Source: Nitrososphaera viennensis EN76 (lineage in GTDB: Archaea; Thermoproteota; Nitrososphaeria; Nitrososphaerales; Nitrososphaeraceae). Taken from it: a DNA stretch of 32,000 bases. Within the stretch, counting starts at the first letter, position 1, and each line of letters opens with the position of its first letter. The notes beneath the pieces were generated by a model, which saw only the letters and a program-made list of their open reading frames with translations, ran no database searches and was not told the DNA's origin. A program made the translations under genes and the position numbers. The stretch is from contig NZ_CP007536.1 in assembly GCF_000698785.1 (NCBI RefSeq), forward strand, positions 540,001-572,000. The letters run 5' to 3'. This document shows, piece by piece, positions 25,011 through 32,000 of the stretch.

Positions 25011-25088
25011 CAAGGAATGTATGTGCAGCTTGCTAATAAAAGAAGCAGCAGTAACGCTTTTTTTCCGCAGCCATCACAAGCAAGAGGC

Positions 25089-25409
25089 ATGCCACTTGAC
25101 GGCGACATCAAGAGCATGATAGAGGCGGTCATTGAAAGCGACCTGCAGGCGCCCAAGGTCCCAAAGAGCAGGGTGCCAAAGCTGAAAAAGGTGTGGAAGT
25201 GCACCAGCGCGTACGACTTTCTCTACGGCCAGAGGGCAGGCTATTACACCGGCCTTGCAGAAGGCATCATGCTTGAAAGGCACAAGCGCCAGCTGACGCA
25301 GGAAGAGCAGGACGAGGTATTTGCAACAATCGAGCCGTACACAAAGGGCCTTCGCAGGTATTTTTCCTACTACAAAAAGCCTGCAAAGCGAGAGAAGAAG
25401 AAAAAATAA
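25089..25409 (+). CDS. hypothetical basic protein (106 aa)
   Basis: Track ORF 24834..25409, trimmed to ATG 25089 (MPLDGDIKSMIEAVIESDL...). It has a Lys-rich tail, KKPAKREKKKK. The upstream part of the track ORF is antisense to the zinc-ribbon candidate. Confidence 0.45.
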   Translation: MPLDGDIKSMIEAVIESDLQAPKVPKSRVPKLKKVWKCTSAYDFLYGQRAGYYTGLAEGIMLERHKRQLTQEEQDEVFATIEPYTKGLRRYFSYYKKPAKREKKKK

Positions 25410-25434
25410 ATTGACGCGACATGCTCTTGCCAGC

Positions 25435-26739
25435 ATGAGAAAAGACGGCGTTAAAATTGTCTATGTGCTTCTGGACGGCGTCGGCGACCTGCCGCACCCG
25501 GCGCTAAACGACCTTACACCGCTTGAAGCCGCCTACACTCCAAACCTTGACGCCCTTGCAAGGAACGGCGCGATGGGCCGCGTGATAACCGTCGGAAAGG
25601 GCATCGCGCCGCAGTCAGACATCGCCGTCTTTAACATGCTTGGCTACAGTTTCCGCCAGGGGGGCTACGTCGGCCGCGGCGTGATAGAGTCGATAGGCTG
25701 CAACATCGACTTTCGCGACGGCGACCTTGCGCTGCGCGGCAACTTTGCAACCGTCAACGATAACAACAACAAGATAACCGACAGGCGCGCCGGCAGGGTC
25801 ATCTCCAAAGAGGAGGCGGCAGCCGTCTGCAAGTCTCTCGCAGACGGCATCAAGTTCAGCGACAAGGACGCATCGATTGCGCTTGTCCCGACCGTCGCGC
25901 ACCGCGTGGTGATCAGGATACGCCACAGCAAGATGAAGCTGTCAGACAAGATAACCAACACCGACCCGGCCTATGACAAGGTCGAGGGGATGGGAGTCGC
26001 CAAGGCAACGTCCGACGACGACATCTATGTCTTGGAGGCCAAGCCGCAGGACGACAGCAAGGAGGCCAAGATGGCGGCGATGCTTGTAAACGAGTTTACA
26101 GAGCAGACCATCAAGATACTGCGCGACCACCCCGTCAACGTTGCCAGAAAGGCGGCAGGCAGAAACCCGATGAACTGCATACTTGCCCGGGACTCGGGCA
26201 ACAGGTTCCCGGAGGTCCAGCCCATCAACAAGAAATACGGCATCTCAATCGGCTGCATCGTAGAGATGCCTGTCGAAGTCGGCATCTCCAAGGTCCTCGG
26301 CATGAAGATGTACGAGGCCGGCTCGCTTGACGACTATGAGCTCAAGGCAAGAGTAGCCGCAAAGAGCCTGAAAAACAACAGCGGCGGCGGCGACGCGGTG
26401 TACGTCCACCTGAAGGGCCCCGACGAGTTTGGCCACGACGGCGACGCCAAGGGCAAAAAGCGCAACCTCGAAGAAATCGACAGGCGCTTTTTCGGGGTCC
26501 TTGCCAAAGAGCTGGCAGGCGTGAAAAACCCGGTGATCGTGGTGTCCGGCGACCACTCTACCCCGTGCATCAAAAAGGCGCACAGCGACGACCCGGTCCC
26601 GCTGCTCGTGTCTGGAAACGGCATCAAGCAGGATGCAAGCGCACGCTTTACAGAAGGCTACGGCAGAAAGGGAAGCCTTGGCCTCCTCATGGGAGCAGAC
26701 GTCATATCGACGGCGCTAAAGCTGGCGTCTGACAGATAG
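25435..26739 (+). CDS. apgM: 2,3-bisphosphoglycerate-independent phosphoglycerate mutase, archaeal type
   Basis: Track ORF 25321..26739, trimmed to ATG 25435 (MRKDGVKIVYVLLDGVGD). Motifs are TPNLDALA, TDRRAGR, HLKGPDEFGHDGD and VVSGDHSTP. Confidence 0.9.
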   Translation: MRKDGVKIVYVLLDGVGDLPHPALNDLTPLEAAYTPNLDALARNGAMGRVITVGKGIAPQSDIAVFNMLGYSFRQGGYVGRGVIESIGCNIDFRDGDLALRGNFATVNDNNNKITDRRAGRVISKEEAAAVCKSLADGIKFSDKDASIALVPTVAHRVVIRIRHSKMKLSDKITNTDPAYDKVEGMGVAKATSDDDIYVLEAKPQDDSKEAKMAAMLVNEFTEQTIKILRDHPVNVARKAAGRNPMNCILARDSGNRFPEVQPINKKYGISIGCIVEMPVEVGISKVLGMKMYEAGSLDDYELKARVAAKSLKNNSGGGDAVYVHLKGPDEFGHDGDAKGKKRNLEEIDRRFFGVLAKELAGVKNPVIVVSGDHSTPCIKKAHSDDPVPLLVSGNGIKQDASARFTEGYGRKGSLGLLMGADVISTALKLASDR

Positions 26740-26794
26740 ACGCATATACGCAAATGAATAAAAGGCCAGAGCGGCCTAGTCGTTATTGATTATT

Positions 26795-26962
26795 ATGCTG
26801 GGCGGGCTTGTTTTTGCGGCAGCATTTGCGATACTACCAGAAGGAAGCGTCAAGGACGAGGCCACGTTTTTCGTGCTCATCGGCATACTTGCAGCCCTCA
26901 TCGGAGTCGCACTGTACATGCGCCACAAGAGAAACAGCGAGCCGGACTACCCTACAGAGTAA
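26795..26962 (+). CDS. candidate 55-aa two-TM membrane protein
   Basis: Hand translation gives MLGGLVFAAAFAILPEGSVKDEATFFVLIGILAALIGVALYMRHKRNSEPDYPTE. The 103-aa antisense ORF 26834..27145 looks like a shadow. Confidence 0.3.
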   Translation: MLGGLVFAAAFAILPEGSVKDEATFFVLIGILAALIGVALYMRHKRNSEPDYPTE

Positions 26963-27176
26963 TGGCAACGCCCATGCCTGACACCATCGTGAGTATCGTA
27001 CCCACGACTGATGCGGCCCTTGAAGGAGGAGCGCCTTCGCTTTCCACGTGATGGTAGGTGTGTATCGACTTGTCGTTTTCTCGGTCGCAGGACGAGCACC
27101 TCCAGAGGACCGCCTCGTTGCATTCGGGGCAGAACTCTGCAGCATTCATCTCGCTACCGCAGGCTCGACATAACAT
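26952..27176 (-). CDS. small zinc-ribbon protein with C-terminal hydrophobic anchor
   Basis: 74 aa. MLCRACGSEMNAAEFCPECNEAVLWRCSSCDRE contains three CxxC knuckles. The C-terminus is AASVVGTILTMVSGMGVAITL. It lies 61 nt downstream of tfb. Confidence 0.45.
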   Translation of the reverse strand: MLCRACGSEMNAAEFCPECNEAVLWRCSSCDRENDKSIHTYHHVESEGAPPSRAASVVGTILTMVSGMGVAITL

Positions 27177-27237
27177 TTGCCTTTTTATGGAACTCCTTTC
27201 TAATAAAGGATGCCGTAAAGAGTTCCGGAAGACTCAC

Positions 27238-28266
27238 TCAGGCAAGGTGGTTTGGCCTTGCCTGCGGCTTGACCGTGACTGTCAGCTTGAACCCGGTCAG
27301 CATGTCCTTGCAGCGGTTGCGTATAGTCACTTCCGTCACGCCCGAAAGGCTCGACACGTCGCGCTGGAGTATGTTTATGCCAAGCAGTATCGACGAGACA
27401 TAGATGTACGCCGCCGCAAGCCCGTTTGGAGCCTTGCCGTCTGCAAGCATGCGGTCGTTGGTCTTGTGCGCAATGTCTATTGCGAGGCGCTCTACCTTGG
27501 TGTCTATCTTGGCCATGTTTGAAAGCTTTGAGATATAGTGGTCGATGGCCATCGCGACCGGCGCCTGTTGTTGCTGTTGCGGTGTTGCTGTTGTTGTTTC
27601 CTGCGCTGCTGACGCCTCTTCCGAGAACGCGCTCATCTCCATCACCATCATGCGGTAGTATTTCGATGCAAGTTTCACGCTTGACCTGTCCTGCTCGGTG
27701 ACGCCTGTCGCCGCCACTATCTCATCGAGCGAGCGCACCACGCGGCATTTCTTGCACGCAAGGTAGATTGTCGCAGCCGCCATGCACGCAATTGATTTTC
27801 CTTTTGCCTCCTGCATGTTCTCATAGTTGCGGTACAGCATAGCCGCGGTTTCAACAAGCAGTTTTGGCAGGGACATTGCCGCGCACGTCTCGTTTATCTT
27901 TGTCAGGACGTTTGAAAGGCGGCGCTCCTGGGGCGACACTATCCTGCTGCGTATGTGCCACTTGCGGATGTTGTTCATCTGCTCGGCCATCTGGTAGTCT
28001 ATTGATTTGCCCGCATAGTCCTTCGAGCCAGAGGCAATCTCTGTCCTCAGGCCGTAATCGTGAAGCGCAAGGCTAGTCGAGCCAGACGCCCTCGTGTTTT
28101 TGGATTTTTCCTCAAAGTCGGTCGCGTTTGACTCGCGGCCAAAGTCGTAGACGCCGTCCATCGCGACGTACCCGCAGCGCTCGCAGATGAACTCGCCCTT
28201 TGAATAGTCCTGGATGAGGTTTGCGCTGCATTCCGGGCACTGGGTGCAGTATTCGCTAGTGGTCAA
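27238..28266 (-). CDS. tfb: transcription initiation factor TFB (TFIIB homologue)
   Basis: 342 aa. The N-terminal zinc ribbon is CTQCPECSANLIQDYSKGEFICERCG, followed by a B-reader/linker and two cyclin-fold repeats (AAMLYRNYEN..., LAIDIAHKTN...). The TTG start (28266..28264) overlaps the gar1 TGA. Confidence 0.92.
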   Translation of the reverse strand: MTTSEYCTQCPECSANLIQDYSKGEFICERCGYVAMDGVYDFGRESNATDFEEKSKNTRASGSTSLALHDYGLRTEIASGSKDYAGKSIDYQMAEQMNNIRKWHIRSRIVSPQERRLSNVLTKINETCAAMSLPKLLVETAAMLYRNYENMQEAKGKSIACMAAATIYLACKKCRVVRSLDEIVAATGVTEQDRSSVKLASKYYRMMVMEMSAFSEEASAAQETTTATPQQQQQAPVAMAIDHYISKLSNMAKIDTKVERLAIDIAHKTNDRMLADGKAPNGLAAAYIYVSSILLGINILQRDVSSLSGVTEVTIRNRCKDMLTGFKLTVTVKPQARPNHLA

Positions 28267-28625
28267 TTCTGGCGCCTCCTTTCCTTTCCATGCTGCTGTT
28301 GTCGCCGTTGCTCTCTGCGCGCATGCGACGGCCTTGCAGGTTGCTGCCGCCCGCCGGCAAACACCTTTGCCCCGGTCAGCCTTGCCGTCTTGTCGGTCAT
28401 TGGAATGACCGAGGCGTACGGCGCACTCACGGGCCCTATCAGCTCGGCTATCTTCCCTACCCGCCTGCCGGCAGAGTCGATAAGCATCTCACCCGGTCTG
28501 ATGCTTGCCGCCCCTGTCGTGTTTAGTTTTACGATTAACCTGCCGCTCTTTGCTAGATGCATAACTTCCCCGATCTCCCCCACTTCCACAATCAGCTCTT
28601 GCTTGCTATCATAAGCTTCGGTCAA
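28263..28625 (-). CDS. gar1: H/ACA RNP protein Gar1 with an Arg/Gln-rich C-terminal tail; start uncertain
   Basis: The core GEVMHLAKSGRLIVKL...GKIAELIGPVSAPYASVIP matches the archaeal Gar1 barrel. The track start at 28625 is TTG, and an internal GTG is possible. The tail is GGRQQPARPSHARREQRRQQQHGKERRRQN. Confidence 0.75.
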   Translation of the reverse strand: MTEAYDSKQELIVEVGEIGEVMHLAKSGRLIVKLNTTGAASIRPGEMLIDSAGRRVGKIAELIGPVSAPYASVIPMTDKTARLTGAKVFAGGRQQPARPSHARREQRRQQQHGKERRRQN

Positions 28626-28682
28626 ATTTGTTATGTTTGTTGATGAACAATATTATTGCGGCCGCTGTTAAATCTCAGCCTG

Positions 28683-29003
28683 CTACTTTTTTCCGGATTT
28701 TTGCCTCGCGCGCTTTTGCAAAAGCTTTTCCGCGACGCTTGCAATGACCTTTGATTTTTTCACGCCTTCCTTCTTGGCAAGCATGACATAGCCGGACTTG
28801 ACAAAAGACCGGCGCGGAAACCTGGCGGTATCGTTTACCGCGTCATCTTCAACCTGGTAGCCGGCGGTCTTGGCCGCTTCCAAAAGTTCCTGTACGGTAG
28901 GGTCAAAGACGGCCTGGTCGCGCTTGACCTTCCTTCCCTGGCGGCGTTTCAAGTTCTTGTTGAAATAGTCCAGCCAGAGTATGACGTGGTCGTAGTCCTT
29001 CAA
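28683..29003 (-). CDS. srp19: signal recognition particle protein SRP19
   Basis: 106 aa. VILWLDYFNKNLKRRQGRKVKRDQAVFDPTVQELLEAAKTAGY...RFPRRSFVKSGYVML follows the SRP19 pattern. Confidence 0.85.
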   Translation of the reverse strand: MKDYDHVILWLDYFNKNLKRRQGRKVKRDQAVFDPTVQELLEAAKTAGYQVEDDAVNDTARFPRRSFVKSGYVMLAKKEGVKKSKVIASVAEKLLQKRARQKSGKK

Positions 29004-29060
29004 GGCTCTAGATATTGGGAAAAGATCTTATTAATAAATGAAAGTGAGAGAGGAAAGTCT

Positions 29061-29453
29061 CTACTGCTTGGCCTTTATCAGGACAGCATTTACCACGCCG
29101 TTCTGGCCCGGCCTCGAGGTGACCAGCGCAGAGCCTGCCTCTGTCTCGATGATCGCGCCCTTGCTCACCACGCCCCTTCTCTCATAGTCGCGGTTTGCAG
29201 GGTTCTTGGTCACATTGAGGATCTTGGACTTGGTCGCCTTTTTGGCTTCAGGGTCCATGACGTTTGCAAACTCGACGGTCTTGAAGGCTGCCTTGACGTT
29301 TGCGCCCCTTACCCTTCTCGTGACAATGTCGGTCGTGCCGACGGTAGCTTCATTTGGATACCTGTCAATCTCGGACTTTCTCCTGATCCTGTTGGCGAGC
29401 TTGCGTCCGCCAGTCAGCTTGCGGCCCGCAAGATTCTCTATCGACTTGCGCAT
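29061..29453 (-). CDS. rps8e: 30S ribosomal protein S8e
   Basis: 130 aa. GRKLTGGRK...RRKSEIDRYPNEATVG...RRVRGANVKAAFK...NPANRDYERRGVVSKGAIIET follows the S8e pattern. Confidence 0.9.
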   Translation of the reverse strand: MRKSIENLAGRKLTGGRKLANRIRRKSEIDRYPNEATVGTTDIVTRRVRGANVKAAFKTVEFANVMDPEAKKATKSKILNVTKNPANRDYERRGVVSKGAIIETEAGSALVTSRPGQNGVVNAVLIKAKQ

Positions 29454-29484
29454 ATTGCGTTTTCTAGTGTATCAAATACTCTAA

Positions 29485-30042
29485 TTAAGACTTTTCTGGG
29501 CTTGTTGGCTGCTTGGGGTTTTCCTTGTTCGTCTCGGCCACCAGCTTGCTCTTCATCGAGTCGAGGTCGGTTATGCCGAAATATTCCTGGAACTTTTTAG
29601 TCGTCCGGTACACCTTGAGCCGGCCCAGGCTCTCGTGCTCGACAAACTGCATCTGCTCCAATTCCTTGACGTGCTGGTACACCTGGCTCCCCCGTATCTG
29701 CACCAGGCGCTTTGAGGTGACCGGCTGCTCGTAGGCGATGTAGGTGAGGGTCTTTAGCGCGGCGGCAGGCACGAGCGGGTGCCGGGCAAACCGGCGTATC
29801 AGGGGGGTATAGGCAGGCTTTAGCTGAAAGACGTACGAGCCGTCCTCAAGCTGGACCACCTCGATCGCCTTGAACACCGTCTTGGTCTTTTTGACAAGGT
29901 CGTTTACGACGCGCAGGGTCTTTTCCTTCGAGTTTGTCCCGGACGCGCGTACCAGCTCGTCGACCGTGAGGGGCCTGCCTGCCGAATAAAGAGCCGCCTC
30001 TATCCTTGCGGCAACCTCGTCTTCTGGAAGCGACTCGCGCAT
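29485..30042 (-). CDS. scpB: segregation and condensation protein B
   Basis: 185 aa. ARIEAALYSAGRPLTVDELV plus a second wHTH (AALKTLTYIAYEQPVTSKRLVQIRG). It lies downstream of scpA. Confidence 0.85.
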   Translation of the reverse strand: MRESLPEDEVAARIEAALYSAGRPLTVDELVRASGTNSKEKTLRVVNDLVKKTKTVFKAIEVVQLEDGSYVFQLKPAYTPLIRRFARHPLVPAAALKTLTYIAYEQPVTSKRLVQIRGSQVYQHVKELEQMQFVEHESLGRLKVYRTTKKFQEYFGITDLDSMKSKLVAETNKENPKQPTSPEKS

Positions 30043-30081
30043 CTTGCTCTTTGGAAAAGCCGTGGAATTACTTTACTGTTG

Positions 30082-30825
30082 CTATTGCTGTTGCTGCTGC
30101 GACGGTTCTGGAAGTTTCAGGGTTATCCGGATGTCGTCAGAGTCGTCCTGCTGCTCGAGGTCCACCTTGCCCTTCATTGCGAGGTACAGCAGGGCGATAA
30201 AGCAGCGCGCCATCTCGACCGGTTCCATCTTGGCCACAAGCGCCTTGAACATGGTCGGGCCGTCGGCGCTTACGATGTCAAATATCATGTCCTCGTAGCC
30301 CTGGATTATCTGCTCGAATTTCACAAGGTACTGGTCAAAGTTGAACGTCTGTACCGGCTCCAGCTCCACCTGTTTTTTGCGCGGCCTTGGGCTTGCAAGC
30401 TCCATTATCATGTTCTCAAGCACCTTGAGCAGGTCCTCGACAGATACGGGGTACGTGGACTCGACCCTGAAGGGAAGGTCAAGCGTGTTCAACTGCGGTA
30501 TAGGGAGCTGCTGTTGCGGGTCATCGACGCCCTTTTTCTGCATCGCTATCTTCTCGAGCAAAAAGATGCTTTCCACCTTGAGCCGGTATATCATCGAGGA
30601 CGAGACAGCCGCAATGCCGCATATCCTCAAATCCTTGTTGCCAGTCGCGTTTATCAGCTGCAAGAACAGTTCCAAAAGGCGGACAATGTCGACGTTCCAG
30701 ACATCCTTGCGTATCACGGCAGAAGGGTTGAACAGGATGTTGAGAGGAGGCTGCGCTATCGTCTTTTTAGTATCCGGGACCTCGGACGGCGCTGGTGCTG
30801 GTGTTGGCGCTCCCGCTTCCGACAT
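30082..30825 (-). CDS. scpA: segregation and condensation protein A (kleisin)
   Basis: 247 aa. VWNVDIVRLLELFLQLI, AAVSSSMIYRLKVESIFLLE, and the C-terminal winged helix CFIALLYLAMKGKVDLEQ. It ends in QQQQQ. The 298-aa antisense ORF 30079..30975 is a shadow. Confidence 0.8.
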   Translation of the reverse strand: MSEAGAPTPAPAPSEVPDTKKTIAQPPLNILFNPSAVIRKDVWNVDIVRLLELFLQLINATGNKDLRICGIAAVSSSMIYRLKVESIFLLEKIAMQKKGVDDPQQQLPIPQLNTLDLPFRVESTYPVSVEDLLKVLENMIMELASPRPRKKQVELEPVQTFNFDQYLVKFEQIIQGYEDMIFDIVSADGPTMFKALVAKMEPVEMARCFIALLYLAMKGKVDLEQQDDSDDIRITLKLPEPSQQQQQ

Positions 30826-30908
30826 ATGTTCTCCTCTCCTCGCGGGTTGAGAGCGAAAAGTGCCTATAATACGTTATGGGTGAAGAAAAATTTGATTTTG
30901 CGTCATCA

Positions 30909-31778
30909 TCATGCGGTCAGCCCGAGGTCTGCCCTGGCTTTTTCCAGGTCGCCTTCCCATACCCACAACCTGTAAGGGGGCGGGACTTTGTAGAAATCGT
31001 ACTTGCCGACAATCTTCAGGGCGGCAAGGTCAACGCAATGCCTCTGGAACGCTTCTTTGACGCCTTCCTCCGGACTTGCCGCATTTGCCAGTTTTATGCA
31101 CATCCTGTATTCGTATGCCAGAAGCAGGTCCTTGCCATATTGCGCCCACATGCCTTTTTTGCCGTTCCACGCGTCCTCGGCGCCGGCTATGAGCCTGTTC
31201 ATGTCGTCGTTGCCCGGCAACGAAGGATATATCGGAAAAGACGCGGCCCACCCAGTTTCAACCATCTCCAGGTTGAACGTCTTTCTCCGGGGATCGTCTT
31301 TTGGCGGCAGGGGGTCCCCTTCTTTTTCGCCGGCAAACCACGGAGAAATGTACGCAAGCATCCTGCCGTACCTGTCTATTATTTCCCCGGTGGGGATGAC
31401 TGCGGTCTTGCGCCTTTTCCCGTCAGGCAGGGCAAGGCGCTCTTCCAGCATGCGCTCAAACTCTCTTGATGCATCGTATCCTGCGCCTATGTGCCTTTGC
31501 GCGGCATCAGGCGTTATCCTTGACGCAAGATAGTCGCGCAATCCTGCGGCAAGATGCCCGTTGTAATATTCTCCCACTAGCCGCTGCCTGCATTTTTCCA
31601 GCTTTGGCTGGCTTGTTTCGGGCTTGCCCGCATATCCCGCTTTTTCCGGCGTATCGCAGGAGACCATCCTGACGGGCTGCTCGACGACGGGCGTGTCCCC
31701 GTCCGAGACTCTGTACAATTTAAGAGGGTTCGCTTTCCGGATTTGCCGATCGTAATCGAAATTGACAGTAACAGACAA
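30909..31778 (-). CDS. staphylococcal-nuclease (SNase/thermonuclease)-like protein with an insertion and a C-terminal extension; TTG start
   Basis: 289 aa. RVSDGDTPVV, VRMVSCDTPEK (Arg...Asp-Thr-Pro-Glu as in the SNase active site), DRYGRMLAYIS and NLEMVETGWA. The only start that keeps the DGDT motif is TTG at 31778. Confidence 0.75.
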   Translation of the reverse strand: MSVTVNFDYDRQIRKANPLKLYRVSDGDTPVVEQPVRMVSCDTPEKAGYAGKPETSQPKLEKCRQRLVGEYYNGHLAAGLRDYLASRITPDAAQRHIGAGYDASREFERMLEERLALPDGKRRKTAVIPTGEIIDRYGRMLAYISPWFAGEKEGDPLPPKDDPRRKTFNLEMVETGWAASFPIYPSLPGNDDMNRLIAGAEDAWNGKKGMWAQYGKDLLLAYEYRMCIKLANAASPEEGVKEAFQRHCVDLAALKIVGKYDFYKVPPPYRLWVWEGDLEKARADLGLTA

Positions 31779-32000
31779 GGTAGTGAGAATACTATTCCAG
31801 TTTTGTAACCTTAAAGATTACCGAAGGAGATCGCATAGGCAAAGCCTCCGGACTGCAACCTGGGCAGGATCATTTTTTACAGTTGACTGTCACGTAGATG
31901 AAAAAAGATCTGATAACCGGCGTCGCTTAGTTTATTTTCCACTTTGCAGTGCCTGTTCTTGCAGAAGAAGGGATGGTCAAGAAAAGGCAGGCGTCAAGGG

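Noticed and set aside
31821-31885. tRNA-Cys-like anticodon arm (TCCGG-ACTGCAA-CCTGG)
   Set aside because: The stem has a C-U mismatch. No D-arm or T-arm (GTTCRAATC) can be formed from the flanking sequence.
31973-32000. Possible start of a plus-strand gene (ATGGTCAAGAAAAGGCAGGCG...) at the window end
   Set aside because: Only 9 codons are visible, which is insufficient to support a call.
1-32000. CRISPR arrays, rRNA genes, long tandem repeats
   Set aside because: I saw no regularly spaced direct repeats of 24-40 bp and no rRNA-like conserved blocks on either strand. Intergenic regions are short apart from 8440-9485 and the island borders.

Overview
This is an archaeal chromosomal segment. 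Archaea-specific markers include TFB, Gar1, ribosomal protein S8e, SRP19, the ThiD-ThiN fusion, ApgM and ScpA/ScpB. The composition and gene content resemble a Nitrososphaera-like thaumarchaeon, but that is inference only. The GC-rich backbone gave about 55-68% GC in hand counts of sampled 60-nt lines. It encodes a truncated CaCA antiporter, a methyltransferase, succinyl-CoA synthetase (sucCD), a thiamine cluster (thiC, an NCS1/CytX-like permease, thiDN), sugar-nucleotide and glycan genes (two nucleotidyltransferase-like genes, a UDP-GlcNAc-2-epimerase-like gene, a GalT-like gene), a SIMPL-domain protein, apgM, a gar1-tfb pair, srp19, rps8e, scpB/scpA and an SNase-like nuclease. Several small zinc-ribbon or membrane ORFs fall below the 60-aa track cutoff. 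The backbone is interrupted at about 12.86-20.35 kb by a low-GC island (about 35-45% in sampled lines). The island carries a tyrosine integrase, a 211-aa unknown, a wHTH regulator and a tightly coupled three-gene operon. That operon encodes a 920-aa McrB-family GTPase with large uncharacterised N- and C-terminal regions, a McrC-like DUF2357/PD-(D/E)xK nuclease, and an ATGA-coupled 106-aa unknown. The island is bracketed by clustered copies of the heptamer ATGCAAC/GTTGCAT, including a perfect 7-6-7 palindrome, which are candidate recombinase core sites. This mobile, atypically built McrBC-like module is the best candidate for an undescribed defence system. All calls rest on motif recognition by eye; no searches were run.
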